A stretch of 57,965 bases of DNA, taken from contig JBEICN010000002.1 in the NCBI GenBank assembly GCA_040383945.1, forward strand, positions 1 through 57,965, given 5' to 3'. A program made the translations under genes and the position numbers. This DNA is from Candidatus Peribacteria bacterium. Its GTDB lineage: Bacteria > Patescibacteriota > Gracilibacteria > BD1-5 > UBA2023. Below are positions 47,635 through 57,965 of the stretch, piece by piece. Under the pieces are notes generated by a model that saw nothing but the letters and a program-made list of their open reading frames with translations, made no database searches and was not told the DNA's origin. Every line of letters starts with the position of its first letter. Within the stretch, counting starts at the first letter, position 1.

Positions 47635-47786
47635 AGCCCAAAAGTATAGTCAAATTCCAGCAAAAGCGAAAAAAAAATAAAGAATATTCTGGCTCTGGGG
47701 GATACTCCACCATGCGTGTAGATTGGGCATCATGAGAGCACTCAAGCACCCGTCCCAATTCCTTTGCAAAAATTATACTTTCTGCA

Positions 47787-48407
47787 CTAGGCAGAACGCG
47801 CCAGAGCAATGATGTAGACTCTTTTGCAACCTTGTTTCACAAGCGAGTGTGCACAGGCTCGCAGTGTTGATCAAGTAGAGATAACATCGTCGACTAGGAT
47901 AACTTCTTCTGGAACTCTAAAAAATGGAAGAATTCCAAATGAAAAGTTTCGGCCCATTCGTTCATTTTTGGAAATTCAGGCTTGGTGCTGCCCACTCCAG
48001 AACCTATATAGACCACGAAATACGGGGATTCAGAACTCGTTATGGACAATATTAGACAAGCACTTTGACTGATTGAATCCCCGCTCATACCAACGATCTA
48101 CCCCAAGAGGAACATATGAAACCGCGGTATGTTTTGATACAACAGGAATGCTTCTTAGTGCCTTTCCAAAAGCTTGCTCTAAGGCTATTTTGGAATTCTC
48201 ATTTCCCTCATACTTCCATCTTTTCAAAATTTGAGATATATCTTGGTATTCAAAAAGTACCCAAACTGACACTACTTCCTTTGGCATTCCAACATCTTTA
48301 TACCAAGTCACAAAATTTTTTGGAGAAATAGGAAGTTCCGGAGGGGTTGGGGAGACTTTTGGTACATATCCAAAAATTTCTTGAATCAACAAAGAAAAAA
48401 TAGACAT
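47787..48407 (-). CDS. comF: ComF-family phosphoribosyltransferase-domain protein
   Basis: PRTase motif VILVDDVIST-G-STLRACAHSLV, and a ComF-like N-terminal region. Starts at ATG 48405-48407 and ends in TAG at 47787-47789. Confidence 0.75.
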
Positions 48408-48415
48408 CCTACTCT

Positions 48416-49816
48416 CTAGCCAAGAATGTATTCAATGAGTATTTCCGTGCCAAAACCGGTGCCTTCGGCAGGAAAAATCCCTCTCGGCTTGTTTCTATAG
48501 GAAGGCCCTGCGATATCGAGATGTGCATATTTTGTGGGAGGTTTTACGAATTGTGCAATAAAGGCAGCGCCCATGCTTGCTCCTGCCATATGTTCAGAAG
48601 ATAGGTTTTTCCTGTCGGCAATCTTTGCGTGAGTGTTCTTCATCATAAATTCATCAAGAGGAAGCGTCCACACTGACTCATGGGTGCGAGTGGCAGCGGA
48701 CTGTATTGATTGTAACAACTCGTGATTCACCGACATTAATCCCGCATAATCATATCCAAGTGCATGCATACAAGCTCATGTGAGGGTAGCAATGCTTACC
48801 ATGGTCTTTGGTGCATATAATTCAGATATATAGGCGGCAAGGTCGCCAAGTACGAGTCTTCATTCAGCATCAGTATGATGGATCTCAACGGTCAATCCAT
48901 TTTGTGCCCGAACAATATCCAGTGGTTTGAAAGCACTTCCTCAAAGCAAATTCTCCACGAGCCCAACGGCACCAACTACTGATGTAGAATTATTACACTG
49001 ATCCAGGTACCAAAATGCGGCTATAGTTGCGGCAGCACCTGCCATGTCGGTTTTCATGTCGAGCATTCCCTTGTCAGGTTTTATCTGCAATCCTCCTGCG
49101 TCAAAAGTTACCCCCTTACCCAGAACAGAAACATTCGGGGAGGTGCCGGAGACAACATTTCTCTCCAAAACAATCACAGATGCAGGAATATCTGAACCTT
49201 TTGCTACTGCCAGCAACATTCAAAAACCACTTCTATTTAGCTCGTCAGCTGAAATAACACGCACCAGTGTACTTTTCCATGGAAGCGACTGGATGATTTG
49301 GGTAAGTTTTGCTGGATTTTTCTCATTTGGTGGCATATTTACCAAATCTCTTGCGAGATAGAGTGACTGAATTTTTGTACATAACTCTGGGGAAATCTGG
49401 TAGGAGTTTTGAACCAAATCATAACTGAGAGCAGGCTTCTCTTTGGTTAAGTAAGTGCTAAATCGGTATGTCCCCATGGCAAAGCCAAAAATGACTTCTT
49501 GAGCATCTAGGGAGGCGCCAATGTATACGCTGGTCGATTGCTCAAATCCTCGAGCCACCTCGGCAACCTGATGAGCGATAGGAGTATTGGGATCAATTCG
49601 GAGAATGCCAAGCTTGTCCACCCCCGCAAACATTCATTCTATCAACAAATACTTGCTGTCAGACGACCTAGAGGCGTCAAGGCTTGATGTAAGAATATCG
49701 TTACCAAAAGGGGTTGGCAGCTCAGAGCTGTCTCGCACTATCAAAAGAATTTCTTTTTGATGGAAGGTCTCGGTAACAGAAAGTGAAAAATCACGAAGCA
49801 CAAAGGAAGATTTCAT
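48416..49816 (-). CDS. pepA: leucyl aminopeptidase (M17)
   Basis: GKGVTFDAGGLQIKP, MKTDMAGAAA, HTDAE-G-RLVLGD. Four same-frame fragments. Ends in TAG at 48416-48418. Confidence 0.9.
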
Positions 49817-49817
49817 A

Positions 49818-51017
49818 TTATTTTCGTATTTGAAGATAGCTCATAAAAATGAGAAAAGAGAAAAGAAGTAGGAGAATAGAGTATTCGAATATCCCCGCAA
49901 TTCCTACACTCCAGCCATAGTACACTATATTTCCAATAAGCACGAGGAGGGCAACCGACTGAAACACATATTCATCTCATCGGTACGGCGTTCGAATGAT
50001 TCGTCAAAAAAAGGTAAGTCAAATAGTGACGAGAAAAGATGATATCAGAAAGGTCCAGAAATTCTCGGAAATTCCAAAGAAAAAATAGTAGAGCGGCACG
50101 GGAATAATGGTAGAAAATACCAGACTTGGGTAGTTTTCGAAGCGAGAATGCACATACACATTAAAAGCAAGTGAGAGTAAAAGCCCCAAAACAAACCAGT
50201 ACGAGTCATCTATGAACAAAAGCACTCAAAAAGCTATGGTAGATATATACAGTCAAATCAAGGAAATAGCTCGAATCGGCTCTCGAAGCATTTTGAAATA
50301 CTCCACAGAAACCCCCTCAAAAAAAATTACCGAATAACAAAACAATAACATGAAGGCCACCTCTCAAGAAACTGAGCCGTTCAAAAAAAGTATCCAAAGT
50401 AAGGTTGCGAGATACAAGATGATCCAAAAAACGAGAGCGTAGATCATTTTTAGCGACAACTCATATTCTCATTTGACTATTACTACTCATAAAAAAAATA
50501 AACTCGTGGAAAATGCCATCAAATACAGTACATCTGGTAGAGAATTTTGTAGAAAATATCCAACGCACAAGAGTAATCCGATGATCGGAACGTGTAATTT
50601 TACTATTGACTTAATCGTATCCGATTTGAAATATCTCAAATAAATAGCAGCAATTCCAGATAGCGAGATGGCGATGGTAAAGTAAGAAATAAACGAAGAA
50701 ATCGGTATATTAAAAATAGATTCTCCGCCATACACTATTCCAATAATAGCAATGTCGGCGGTTATAATTGAGAAAAATAATGCTTGTTTGGAAAAAAAAG
50801 AAATTACCGTTTTTACCAAAGAGGTATTGAACTTACTTACAGAGTTTTCTGAAAAATCTTTTTTTCGGCTTTCTTTCTGAGCTCATATTTTATGCGGAGA
50901 AAATAAAACCAGTGATCCAATTCCCAAAATAACAAAAGCTATTGCCTCAAATGTTGCGTGGAGCAAATACATCAAATAGGCAAAAAATATATGAACGACA
51001 AAAAAAAGTATATACAC
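49818..51017 (-). CDS. polytopic (about 10 TM) ORFan membrane protein
   Basis: Track ORFs 50487 and 50019 plus flanks are in one frame across about nine TGA codons. Start is GTG 51015-51017 or ATG 50970-50972. TAA 49818-49820 lies one base before the pepA ATG. Confidence 0.5.
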
Positions 51018-51019
51018 TC

Positions 51020-52360
51020 TTAGAAATTAATCTGAAGTGCCAAAGAAACAAGAAAAAATATTCAAGAACCGAGCGATATGGTAATAAAACTTCGTAATCC
51101 GTTGAAAATTACGACAAAACTGCTCAAAACACTTCCCACAAACACAATAGAAAAGAGTTGTTGTGATAACGAAGTATTAAAAATAGAGAGGGCCGCTAAA
51201 ACAAGAATAGCTAGCGCGAGCGAATACAAAACAATATCAGTAATAGATTTTATAATAAATACTATTACATCTTCATAGTATCAAATACCTTTTGCGAGTT
51301 TTGTATAAGAAAATGTTTTTTTTGAAATTCGGGATTCTATAATTTGAATATTTTGTTCTATAAGACGCTTTTTTAGAATCAATCTCTTGCGCTTGGCTGA
51401 ATTTCAAAACAAAGAACGAAGTATTTCTTTTTTGGTAGCAGCCAATCTTTCTTTATAGATAGATAACTCCCTGAGATTTTTAAGAATTACAAAACTACCC
51501 GTATCCGCTTTTTGCACCGGAGTCTTTGGGTTCTGAGGCTCAACAGAAGCGAAGATATCCTGAAAAATTTGAGAAATTTTCTTTTTTGCTACACTAAAAT
51601 CATTTCAAACACGACGTGTCGATCAAAGATCTTTCAAGAGTGCATTCGTTTCTTTCAAAAATTGTGACCGCTCTAGATTTTTATTTAACGCAAGCAGTTC
51701 TATTTCCAATTCTCAAATTTTTAAAAGAGAAGCCTCTCAGACTATACGAAGCTTATCAATATTTGATCCCTGTCTCATTTGTCGAAGCACCGGGAGTAAT
51801 TCTTTGATTTTTGAAATTCTTTCCTCTCCGAGGATTTCGGAGTGAGTGTTGATAAATAGCTCCATCTTGTTGTACACCGCGGAGATAATTGTTTGATATT
51901 TTTTAACTTCTCGAGCCAAATATCCATCTTGATCGGTTGATTCCGTTACTTCGTTCTTTTTTGACTCAACTGTTTTTTGTTTTTCTGTCTCAGTATTTCG
52001 CCTTTTGTACTCATCGTAGGCTTCTCGAACTTTTGCTGTGGTATAGGCCTTATCTTCTTGGCTAGCATCAGGAGAAGTAGATATGCTAATAAGTTCGTAT
52101 TTTAATTCATCAACGAGCTTCTTGTAGGCTTTTAAGATATCGTCTGATTGAATTTTTCAGCTTTTCCTCTGTCACTGATGAATAATTTCAAAATAAAAAA
52201 CACCGCTTGTTATATCTACTGGAGCAGTGGTTTCATGGATTTCAATGATAGAATATCCGTCCTTATGGAGGGATGCTCGAGCTATCTCAGCAGTGTCGAA
52301 CTTTGCCGTGAGCTCAACCTTTTTTCCATTTATCGCCGCTACTACTTTGTAAAAAGGCAT
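51020..52360 (-). CDS. membrane protein with a PilC/GspF-like N-terminal domain, long coiled coil and three C-terminal TM helices
   Basis: MPFYKVVAAINGKKVELTAKFDTAEIARASLHKDGYSIIEIHE follows the FxYxA..GK.V.G...A....A...L...G..I..I.E pattern of T2SS/T4P platform-protein N-termini. About 300 aa of K/E-rich helix, then three TM helices. Track ORFs 52172 and 51737 are in the same frame. Ends in TAA at 51020-51022. Confidence 0.5.
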
Positions 52361-52373
52361 ATTTTAGGTGTGT

Positions 52374-52529
52374 TTACGCCTTGCTCGTACTTCAAACATT
52401 GAAAGCCTGAGCAAATAGATTTTCGAGTTGATTCGTTTGCTCTTTTGAGAGGTTTTTTGTAAATTCAAGAGCTTGCATTTTATGAGAAGCCTCTACGATT
52501 TGCGGAAATTTTGATTGCTCGATGCTCAT
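52374..52529 (-). CDS. small helical protein (51 aa, hypothetical)
   Basis: ATG 52527-52529. One TGA read-through. Ends in TAA at 52374-52376. Lies 13 nt upstream of the next gene in the same orientation. Confidence 0.3.
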
Positions 52530-52538
52530 ATGAATGGA

Positions 52539-52853
52539 TTATATACTATCAAGTAAAATATTAAAAGAATTTTGTGTTTTTTTCTTTTCCAAATTTTCAA
52601 GTTCCTCGATTTCTGTATATTTTTTTTGATTTGTAGATCATCTTTTCTGCAATTTTTCATCTTCTACCATCTCTACAAATTTTGTTATCTTAAGATACAA
52701 GCTTTCTAGAGCTTTTTCATCGAGAAGGTCTAAAGAATCCAAAAACAAATTTTTTTGAGTCGTATCTATCGAAAGCCCTTGTATCATTTTTTCCAAAAGA
52801 TCCTTTCTATAGCTTTGTTTTGTATACTTTCGTAGAATTGTTCCAAATAACAT
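52539..52853 (-). CDS. small helical protein (104 aa, hypothetical)
   Basis: Track ORF 52638..52853 extended over TGA to TAA 52539-52541. First gene after the AT-rich divergent intergenic region. Confidence 0.35.
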
Positions 52854-53075
52854 ATATATAAGTACTTATACTTTTAGTATTATAGTATATACAAGATTTT
52901 CTTTTTAAGAATTTTAAAATAGAAGTAATTCGCATTTTTTCATATATCTTTTTAACATTCCCTTGTAAATAATTTTTCTCAATGCGCTTCAGATACAGAT
53001 GCTCGTAAGTAATTCACATTTTATTGTACATAAGTATTTACGATTTGCATATATCTCTAAAACGCATAAAAACAG

Positions 53076-53104
53076 TTAGTAAATTTGTGGAATCGGAATA
53101 CAAT
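53076..53104 (+). promoter_or_regulatory. weak sigma-70-type promoter candidate for ctpA-glyA
   Basis: ttagta (53076-53081), 17-nt spacer, tacaat (53099-53104). Confidence 0.3.
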
Positions 53105-53128
53105 TTTTTTGACCTATAACTTTTTCTC

Positions 53129-54394
53129 TTGCGTAACTTTTTAAATAAAAATCCATTTTTGAAATATTTTTTTACTGGAGTGTCTACTTTTTGTCTGGGA
53201 TTTCTCATTGCTCATGCGATACCTTCAGAAAATACCCTTTCTGAAGTGGTAAATTCAAACATTCCATTTGTAAAGACAGATTCAAATAATTTGGATGATC
53301 TTCCGACTCAAACACTCACAGAAGCCTATCGAGCACTGAAAAATAATTATTATGGTTTTTCTACGGTACAAAAGGAAACATTGATCGAGTGAATGATACA
53401 AGGAATGATGGAATCTTTAAATGATAAACATTCTGTATATTTTGATGCGACTGAAACTCAAGAATTCAACCAAACGATACGGGGGAATTTTGAAGGAATT
53501 TGAGCGTATGTATGAAAAACTCAATCTGGAGTTTTGGTTCGTGCTACTTTTGAAAACTCTCCAGCTCGTGAAGCACAAATACAAGATGGAGATATTATTA
53601 CCAAAGTAAATTCAGAGTCTGTGGTGAATATAGATTTGGAATCAGCAGTTCGTAAAATCCGATGACCTGCTGGAACACAGGTTGACCTTCAAATTGTACG
53701 ACCAAGCGAGAACTGGAAATCTTACACCAAGCAAGTAACTCGAAGAAGTGTCAAAGTTCCTTCGGTTATATCCAAAATAACCGAAGATAAGATAGGAATA
53801 ATCACGGTGGGGATCTTTGGTGAAACCACCCCGAATGAATTTCTTACAGCGTATATCAACCTTACTGGTTCTTGAGCGAAAGGATTGATACTTGATCTTC
53901 GTGATAATCCAGGCGGTTTGCTTGAGAGTTCAACCGCACTTTTACAAACCTTTATTCCAAAAGGAAAATTACTCGTTCAAACAAAGTCAAACACACGAGA
54001 ACTCGAGCAAAAATATTTCTCAGAAGGTCCCGGCATTGAAACGCTCCCTATAGTGGTTCTCATAAATGAAAATTCAGCATCGGCCTCAGAAATTTTTGCT
54101 GGAGCTATCCAGGATTATGAACGAGGTATTGTTGTGGGAAGTAAGTCACACGGAAAAGGATCTGTTCAAATAACCTACCCATTGAAAAATGACGGAGAAT
54201 TAAAAATTACAGTGGCACGCTGGTACACTCCCAAGGAGCGTGGTATTGATGGTGTAGGGATTCAGCCAGACATAGAATCAACCGTACAAGCTTCAGATTT
54301 TGAGAAACAATACGATCGAGTCCTTGACGAAGGCGTAAAAACGATTAAAAAATTGATCTGAGGAACTCCAGTTTTAGAAATTAAAAAACAATAA
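53129..54394 (+). CDS. ctpA: carboxyl-terminal processing protease (S41)
   Basis: TTG start; no ATG is available after the upstream TAA. Signal anchor, PDZ-like segment, LILDLRDNPGGLL, NENSASASEIFAGAIQD, HGKGSVQ. Six in-frame TGA codons. Ends in TAA at 54392-54394. Confidence 0.85.
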
Positions 54395-54395
54395 T

Positions 54396-55619
54396 ATGAC
54401 AACAGTACCACAAATTTTTTCTCTCATAGAGTGAGAAAAACACCGACAAGAGTGTGAACTTGAGCTCATTGCTTCTGAAAATTATGTATCTTCTGATGTT
54501 TTGAGGGCAAATGGGTCGGTCCTTACCAATAAATATTCTGAAGGATATCCAGGTAAGAGATACTACGCGGGTCAAATCTATATAGATCAAGTTGAAAATA
54601 TTGCCATTGATCTTGCAAAAAAACTTTTTCAAGCCGAATACGCTAATGTACAACCACTCTCGGGTTCTCCTGCAAATTTGGCGGTGTATAGCGCCTTTCT
54701 TGAGCCAGGAGACACAGTACTTTGACTGCGCTTAGATCATGGGGGTCATTTGACTCACGGCCACCCGCTTAATGAATCAGGGCGCCTATATAAGTTTGAA
54801 TTTTACGGAGTCGACTCAAAAACAGAACGCATTGATATGGATGAAGTCCGCGAGATTGCCCGCAGGGTTCGTCCAAAAATGATAATTACCGGCTTTTCTG
54901 CATATTCTCGATCCCTTGATTGGAAATGATTCCGAGAAATTGCTGACGAAGTAGGTGCCTTTTTGATGGCAGATATTGCCCATATTGCTGGTCTAGTGGC
55001 AGGAAAAGTTTTGGAAAATCCGGTGCCATACTGTGATGTAGTCACCACTACCACCCACAAAACTCTCAGGTGACCACGAGGAGCTCTTATTCTTTCACGG
55101 GCCCAGTACGAAAAACAAATTGCACGAGCTGTTTTCCCGGGTTTTCAGTGAGGACCTCACGAACATACGATAGCCGCAAAAGCTATAGCCTTTGCAGAAG
55201 CTTTGACACCTGAGTTTGAAATATATTCCCAACAGGTGATTAAAAATGCTCAAGCATTATGCCAAAATCTTATTGATTTGGGCGCAAGAATTGTTTCTGG
55301 TGGAACAGATAATCACTTATTTTGTATCGACGTTGCTTCAAGTTATGGTATTGGTGGAAAGTTTGCCGAAGAATCACTCGAAGCGATAGGAATTTCTGTC
55401 AACAAAAACATGATTCCATTTGATGAGAGAAAGCCAATGGATCCGTCGGGGATTCGCATAGGAACTCCAGCATTGACTACTCGTGGTATGAAGGAAGAGC
55501 ACATGAAGGAGTTGGCCATCATTATTGACTCCGCTCTTCGGTTTCCTGATAAAAGAGATGAGCTCAAGCGCAATGTTGAAAATATTTGTCGGCTATTCCC
55601 TATTTATTTGACACAATAA
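54396..55619 (+). CDS. glyA: serine hydroxymethyltransferase
   Basis: [37 protein letters not shown] (TGA 55071-55073). Fragments share one frame. Ends in TAA at 55617-55619. Confidence 0.93.
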
Positions 55620-56326
55620 TGGACACTTTTGACAACTTTGACTCTATAGACATATCTCAAGAGAGTCAATGAAGCAGTCCCGAGAAACCCGCAGAGGCTG
55701 CGAGAGAACACAGCGAAAAACAGAAAGAAAAGGCTTCTAGGGCGCTTTCTGGAATACGTCGAACTCAGAAGGATGAGAAAAAAAGCAAGAGACATTCCAC
55801 TTTGCTTGCGAGGATCATATCTCATATTGTGGAAAATGATGATCGAAGTGCGGCACTTCCGAATGTGCTCGAGTTGTTGGAGCTTGGAGTGCCCTCAAAC
55901 ATCATTATTAGCTTTTGTATTATCATCCATCCCACATCGCTTGAAATAGTTTTGTGAGAATTTGGATACTCCAATACTTTTCCCAAGCTTCGACCAAGAA
56001 GTCAGCCAGTAGTATTTGATGCAGATCAACTTACTGTTGATGAAAAAAATTATATCAATCTTTGGTTGGAAATAGTTTTTGTGATTATTACACAAGAAGT
56101 ATCAAGCGTGATGACTTGTAGATTTTTGGAGCAGCTCCGTTGAGATAAAAGAAAAAGCATAGTCAATTCTCTTACCGTATTTCTCTCCCTATTTTTTGAA
56201 TCAATCAACATAAAATCTACTACCGATCTCCATGCTTATGCAAACTTCATCATTGATCAGATGGAGCTCAAGATTCATCAGATACCACTGGAAGATGTAG
56301 ATACCTGAGAGAAAATCAACTGGTAA
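55619..56326 (+). CDS. hypothetical protein (235 aa)
   Basis: The ATG overlaps the glyA stop (TAATG). Acidic, disordered N-terminus followed by a hydrophobic/helical body. Four in-frame TGA codons. Ends in TAA at 56324-56326. Confidence 0.45.
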
Positions 56327-57575
56327 TTCCAAAAATTACAAAAGCGAATAAGGATTGTAGTTGTGGATCAAATTGTATTTGCATCGGCAGAGCTGAGAGC
56401 ACTTCAGCAACTTTGTGTATCCATGCGAGTGTAAAATAGGGGATATATCACAGCGCGTATCACACCGATGAATTGATAGCATCAGCAAGTATAGCAAATC
56501 CTCATAAAAACATTGAAATCTGAACCGTGGGACCAACGAGTATATTTGCGGGTATAGACCAAAGGTGAAAGGTTCAAAATGTGCCGATGCTGATGGGAAG
56601 TGTCCATATTCCTGCAAATATACTTACGCCGAGAGCTTGCAATAGTATACCTTTTTTTCTAAATGCTCGAATGCTTACCAGGATTCCGAGAGTAGCGAGA
56701 AAGGACAACTGAAATCCGGCATCGTATATCAAGCTCAACGGAGAGGAGAGAGTAAGCACCACTGCGGTAAATAGTAAAATTCTAAAAGAATCAACCCTAT
56801 CTCCGTAGGCCAGTGCTACCAAAGATATACTTCCCATGACTAGGGCTCGTAGTACCGGCGGATCCACTCCGACGAGTAGCACATAGATGCCTACTCATAT
56901 CAGGCTTATGATTATTTTGAGATACTGAGAAAGTTTGGCAAGCAGGAGTCCAAGTATGGCGAGTACGGCTGCGATATTTGAGCCGCTCACCACAGTAATA
57001 TGGCTGAGTCAAATACTTCTGTATAAATTGGTAAAATCCTCATCCATCAGGCTATCATCACCTACCAGAATTCCGTTTAGCAGCGCAGACTCCGGATGAG
57101 GAAACAGCCTTGTTATTTGATCCTTAATAGAGTTTCTTATGTGTAAGAGTCCATATCATCGCTGGAATTCACCTATCTTGTATTCCGAATACTTTACCTC
57201 TCAAATACTACCGCGTGAGAACTGGAATAGTCCTCACTTTTTTAAGGAGACCTCACTAAAGGTTACCTTTCTTCCGAGTGAAGAGGTGTGCTGAGACGGA
57301 ATATAGGCGTATACCTTTTCTCGATTTTCCAACTCAATCGTAGCTCGCTTTTGTCATTTTTTTGAACTTCAAACATCTACAATAATCCCAGAAATTTCTT
57401 TTTTATCCTGAAAAAATTTTTGGACTGCTTCTTGTTTTGTATGCATTGAACTTACATGGAATTGTATCAGCACCCCTGCAAGCAGAGGGAGTAGAGATCC
57501 AAAGCAAAGAATATACCTTTTTGAAATGAGTCAAAATAGCAGAACTCAGCCTCATAACCCCAGACTCCAATACAA
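56220..57575 (-). CDS. comEC: competence protein ComEC/Rec2 (channel domain only; start unresolved)
   Basis: GLSHITVVSGSNIAAV, then DAGFQLSFLATLGILV (ComEC competence-domain motifs), preceded by an OB-like region. The frame is open from about 57679. The first canonical start in frame is TTG 57573-57575. TAG 56220-56222 lies inside the convergent gene. Confidence 0.75.
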
Positions 57576-57679
57576 AATTTGATCCAGAGAAACACTTAAA
57601 ATAGCACACGAAAATAAAAAAAGGAAGGAAAAGAAGATGAAATATTTTCCATTTCAAAATCCAGTGGACCCGCCTGCTT

Positions 57680-57965
57680 CTACTTTACTCCTTTGGAGTA
57701 ATCCTGCATGTCCTGTTTTACTCTTCCCTCTATCTTCTGAATTTTTCTGAGCAGCCATATTCCAGATATAAGAATACCGATTATGGAGCCAACCTGCGTG
57801 AGATTCACCCCGAGCGTTATGCGAAATATATCTTCCGTTCCCGAAAAGAATTCTCCAATTAATAGGAAAACCGAAAACATGCCGATCCCCATATAGCCGA
57901 TGAATCCTGGGATTCTAAATAGCTCCTTGGCAATATAGAGAATGGTAAAAGTTACAAACGAGAGG
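57680..57965 (-). CDS. membrane protein, C-terminal part (gene enters from beyond the window end)
   Basis: Open frame from base 57965 to TAG 57680-57682. Two hydrophobic helices (IGMFSVFLLIGEFF, VGSIIGILISGIWLL). Confidence 0.4.
   Translation of the reverse strand, partial: LSFVTFTILYIAKELFRIPGFIGYMGIGMFSVFLLIGEFFSGTEDIFRITLGVNLTQVGSIIGILISGIWLLRKIQKIEGRVKQDMQDYSKGVK

Noticed and set aside
52854-53128. AT-rich region as a possible replication origin.
   Set aside because: There is only one partial DnaA-box-like string (tgtggaatc) and no dnaA/dnaN/gyrB nearby. A divergent promoter region is the simpler explanation.
1-57965. Alternative explanation that TGA encodes Trp (table 4, Mycoplasma-like).
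   Set aside because: The aligned positions are classic glycines (Walker A GxxGxGK, frr TGRA, L31 CxCG, prepilin G-1, SHMT RGPRG), not tryptophans.
1-57965. Mobile elements, CRISPR arrays, prophage or conjugative-plasmid hallmarks (transposase, integrase, relaxase, direct repeats).
   Set aside because: None were recognised while reading all six frames under table 25. The ATPase modules lack the partners expected of a canonical conjugative element.

Overview
This window looks like a chromosomal segment of a CPR/Patescibacteria bacterium that reads UGA as glycine (translation table 25, Gracilibacteria/Absconditabacteria type). The supplied ORF track uses the standard code, so it fragments almost every gene. 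I joined same-frame fragments across in-frame TGA codons. That gives about 52 protein genes, all ending in TAA or TAG, plus a tRNA-Thr/Tyr/Leu cluster with encoded CCA.

Housekeeping genes present: frr, mfd, holA, trmD, prmC, fmt, typA, rpsU, rlmH, rpmE, two pseudouridine synthases, murB, uvrA, pepA, ctpA and glyA.

The accessory content is dominated by cell-surface and DNA-uptake functions:
- a 1163-aa SLH-domain S-layer-like protein
- a sortase and a candidate substrate
- three prepilin/minor-pilin-like genes
- comEC, comF and comM
- a secreted two-HKD PLD-family lipoprotein
- several ORFan membrane or secreted proteins

The best candidate for an undescribed system is a pair of paralogous, membrane-anchored VirD4/TraG-superfamily ATPases (25883-28795 and 36753-39149). 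One is followed by a protein made of three fused T4SS-pilin-like hairpins. The other is followed by a translationally coupled secreted ORFan and lies downstream of the S-layer gene. Together they bracket a comM / sigma-r4-HTH / pilin block.

A second oddity is a GT4 (WecA/MraY-like) gene that runs in frame, with no TAA/TAG, straight into a prepilin domain.

I saw no rRNA, CRISPR array, transposase, integrase or relaxase. All calls come from reading translations by eye. No searches were run, and start codons are often uncertain.
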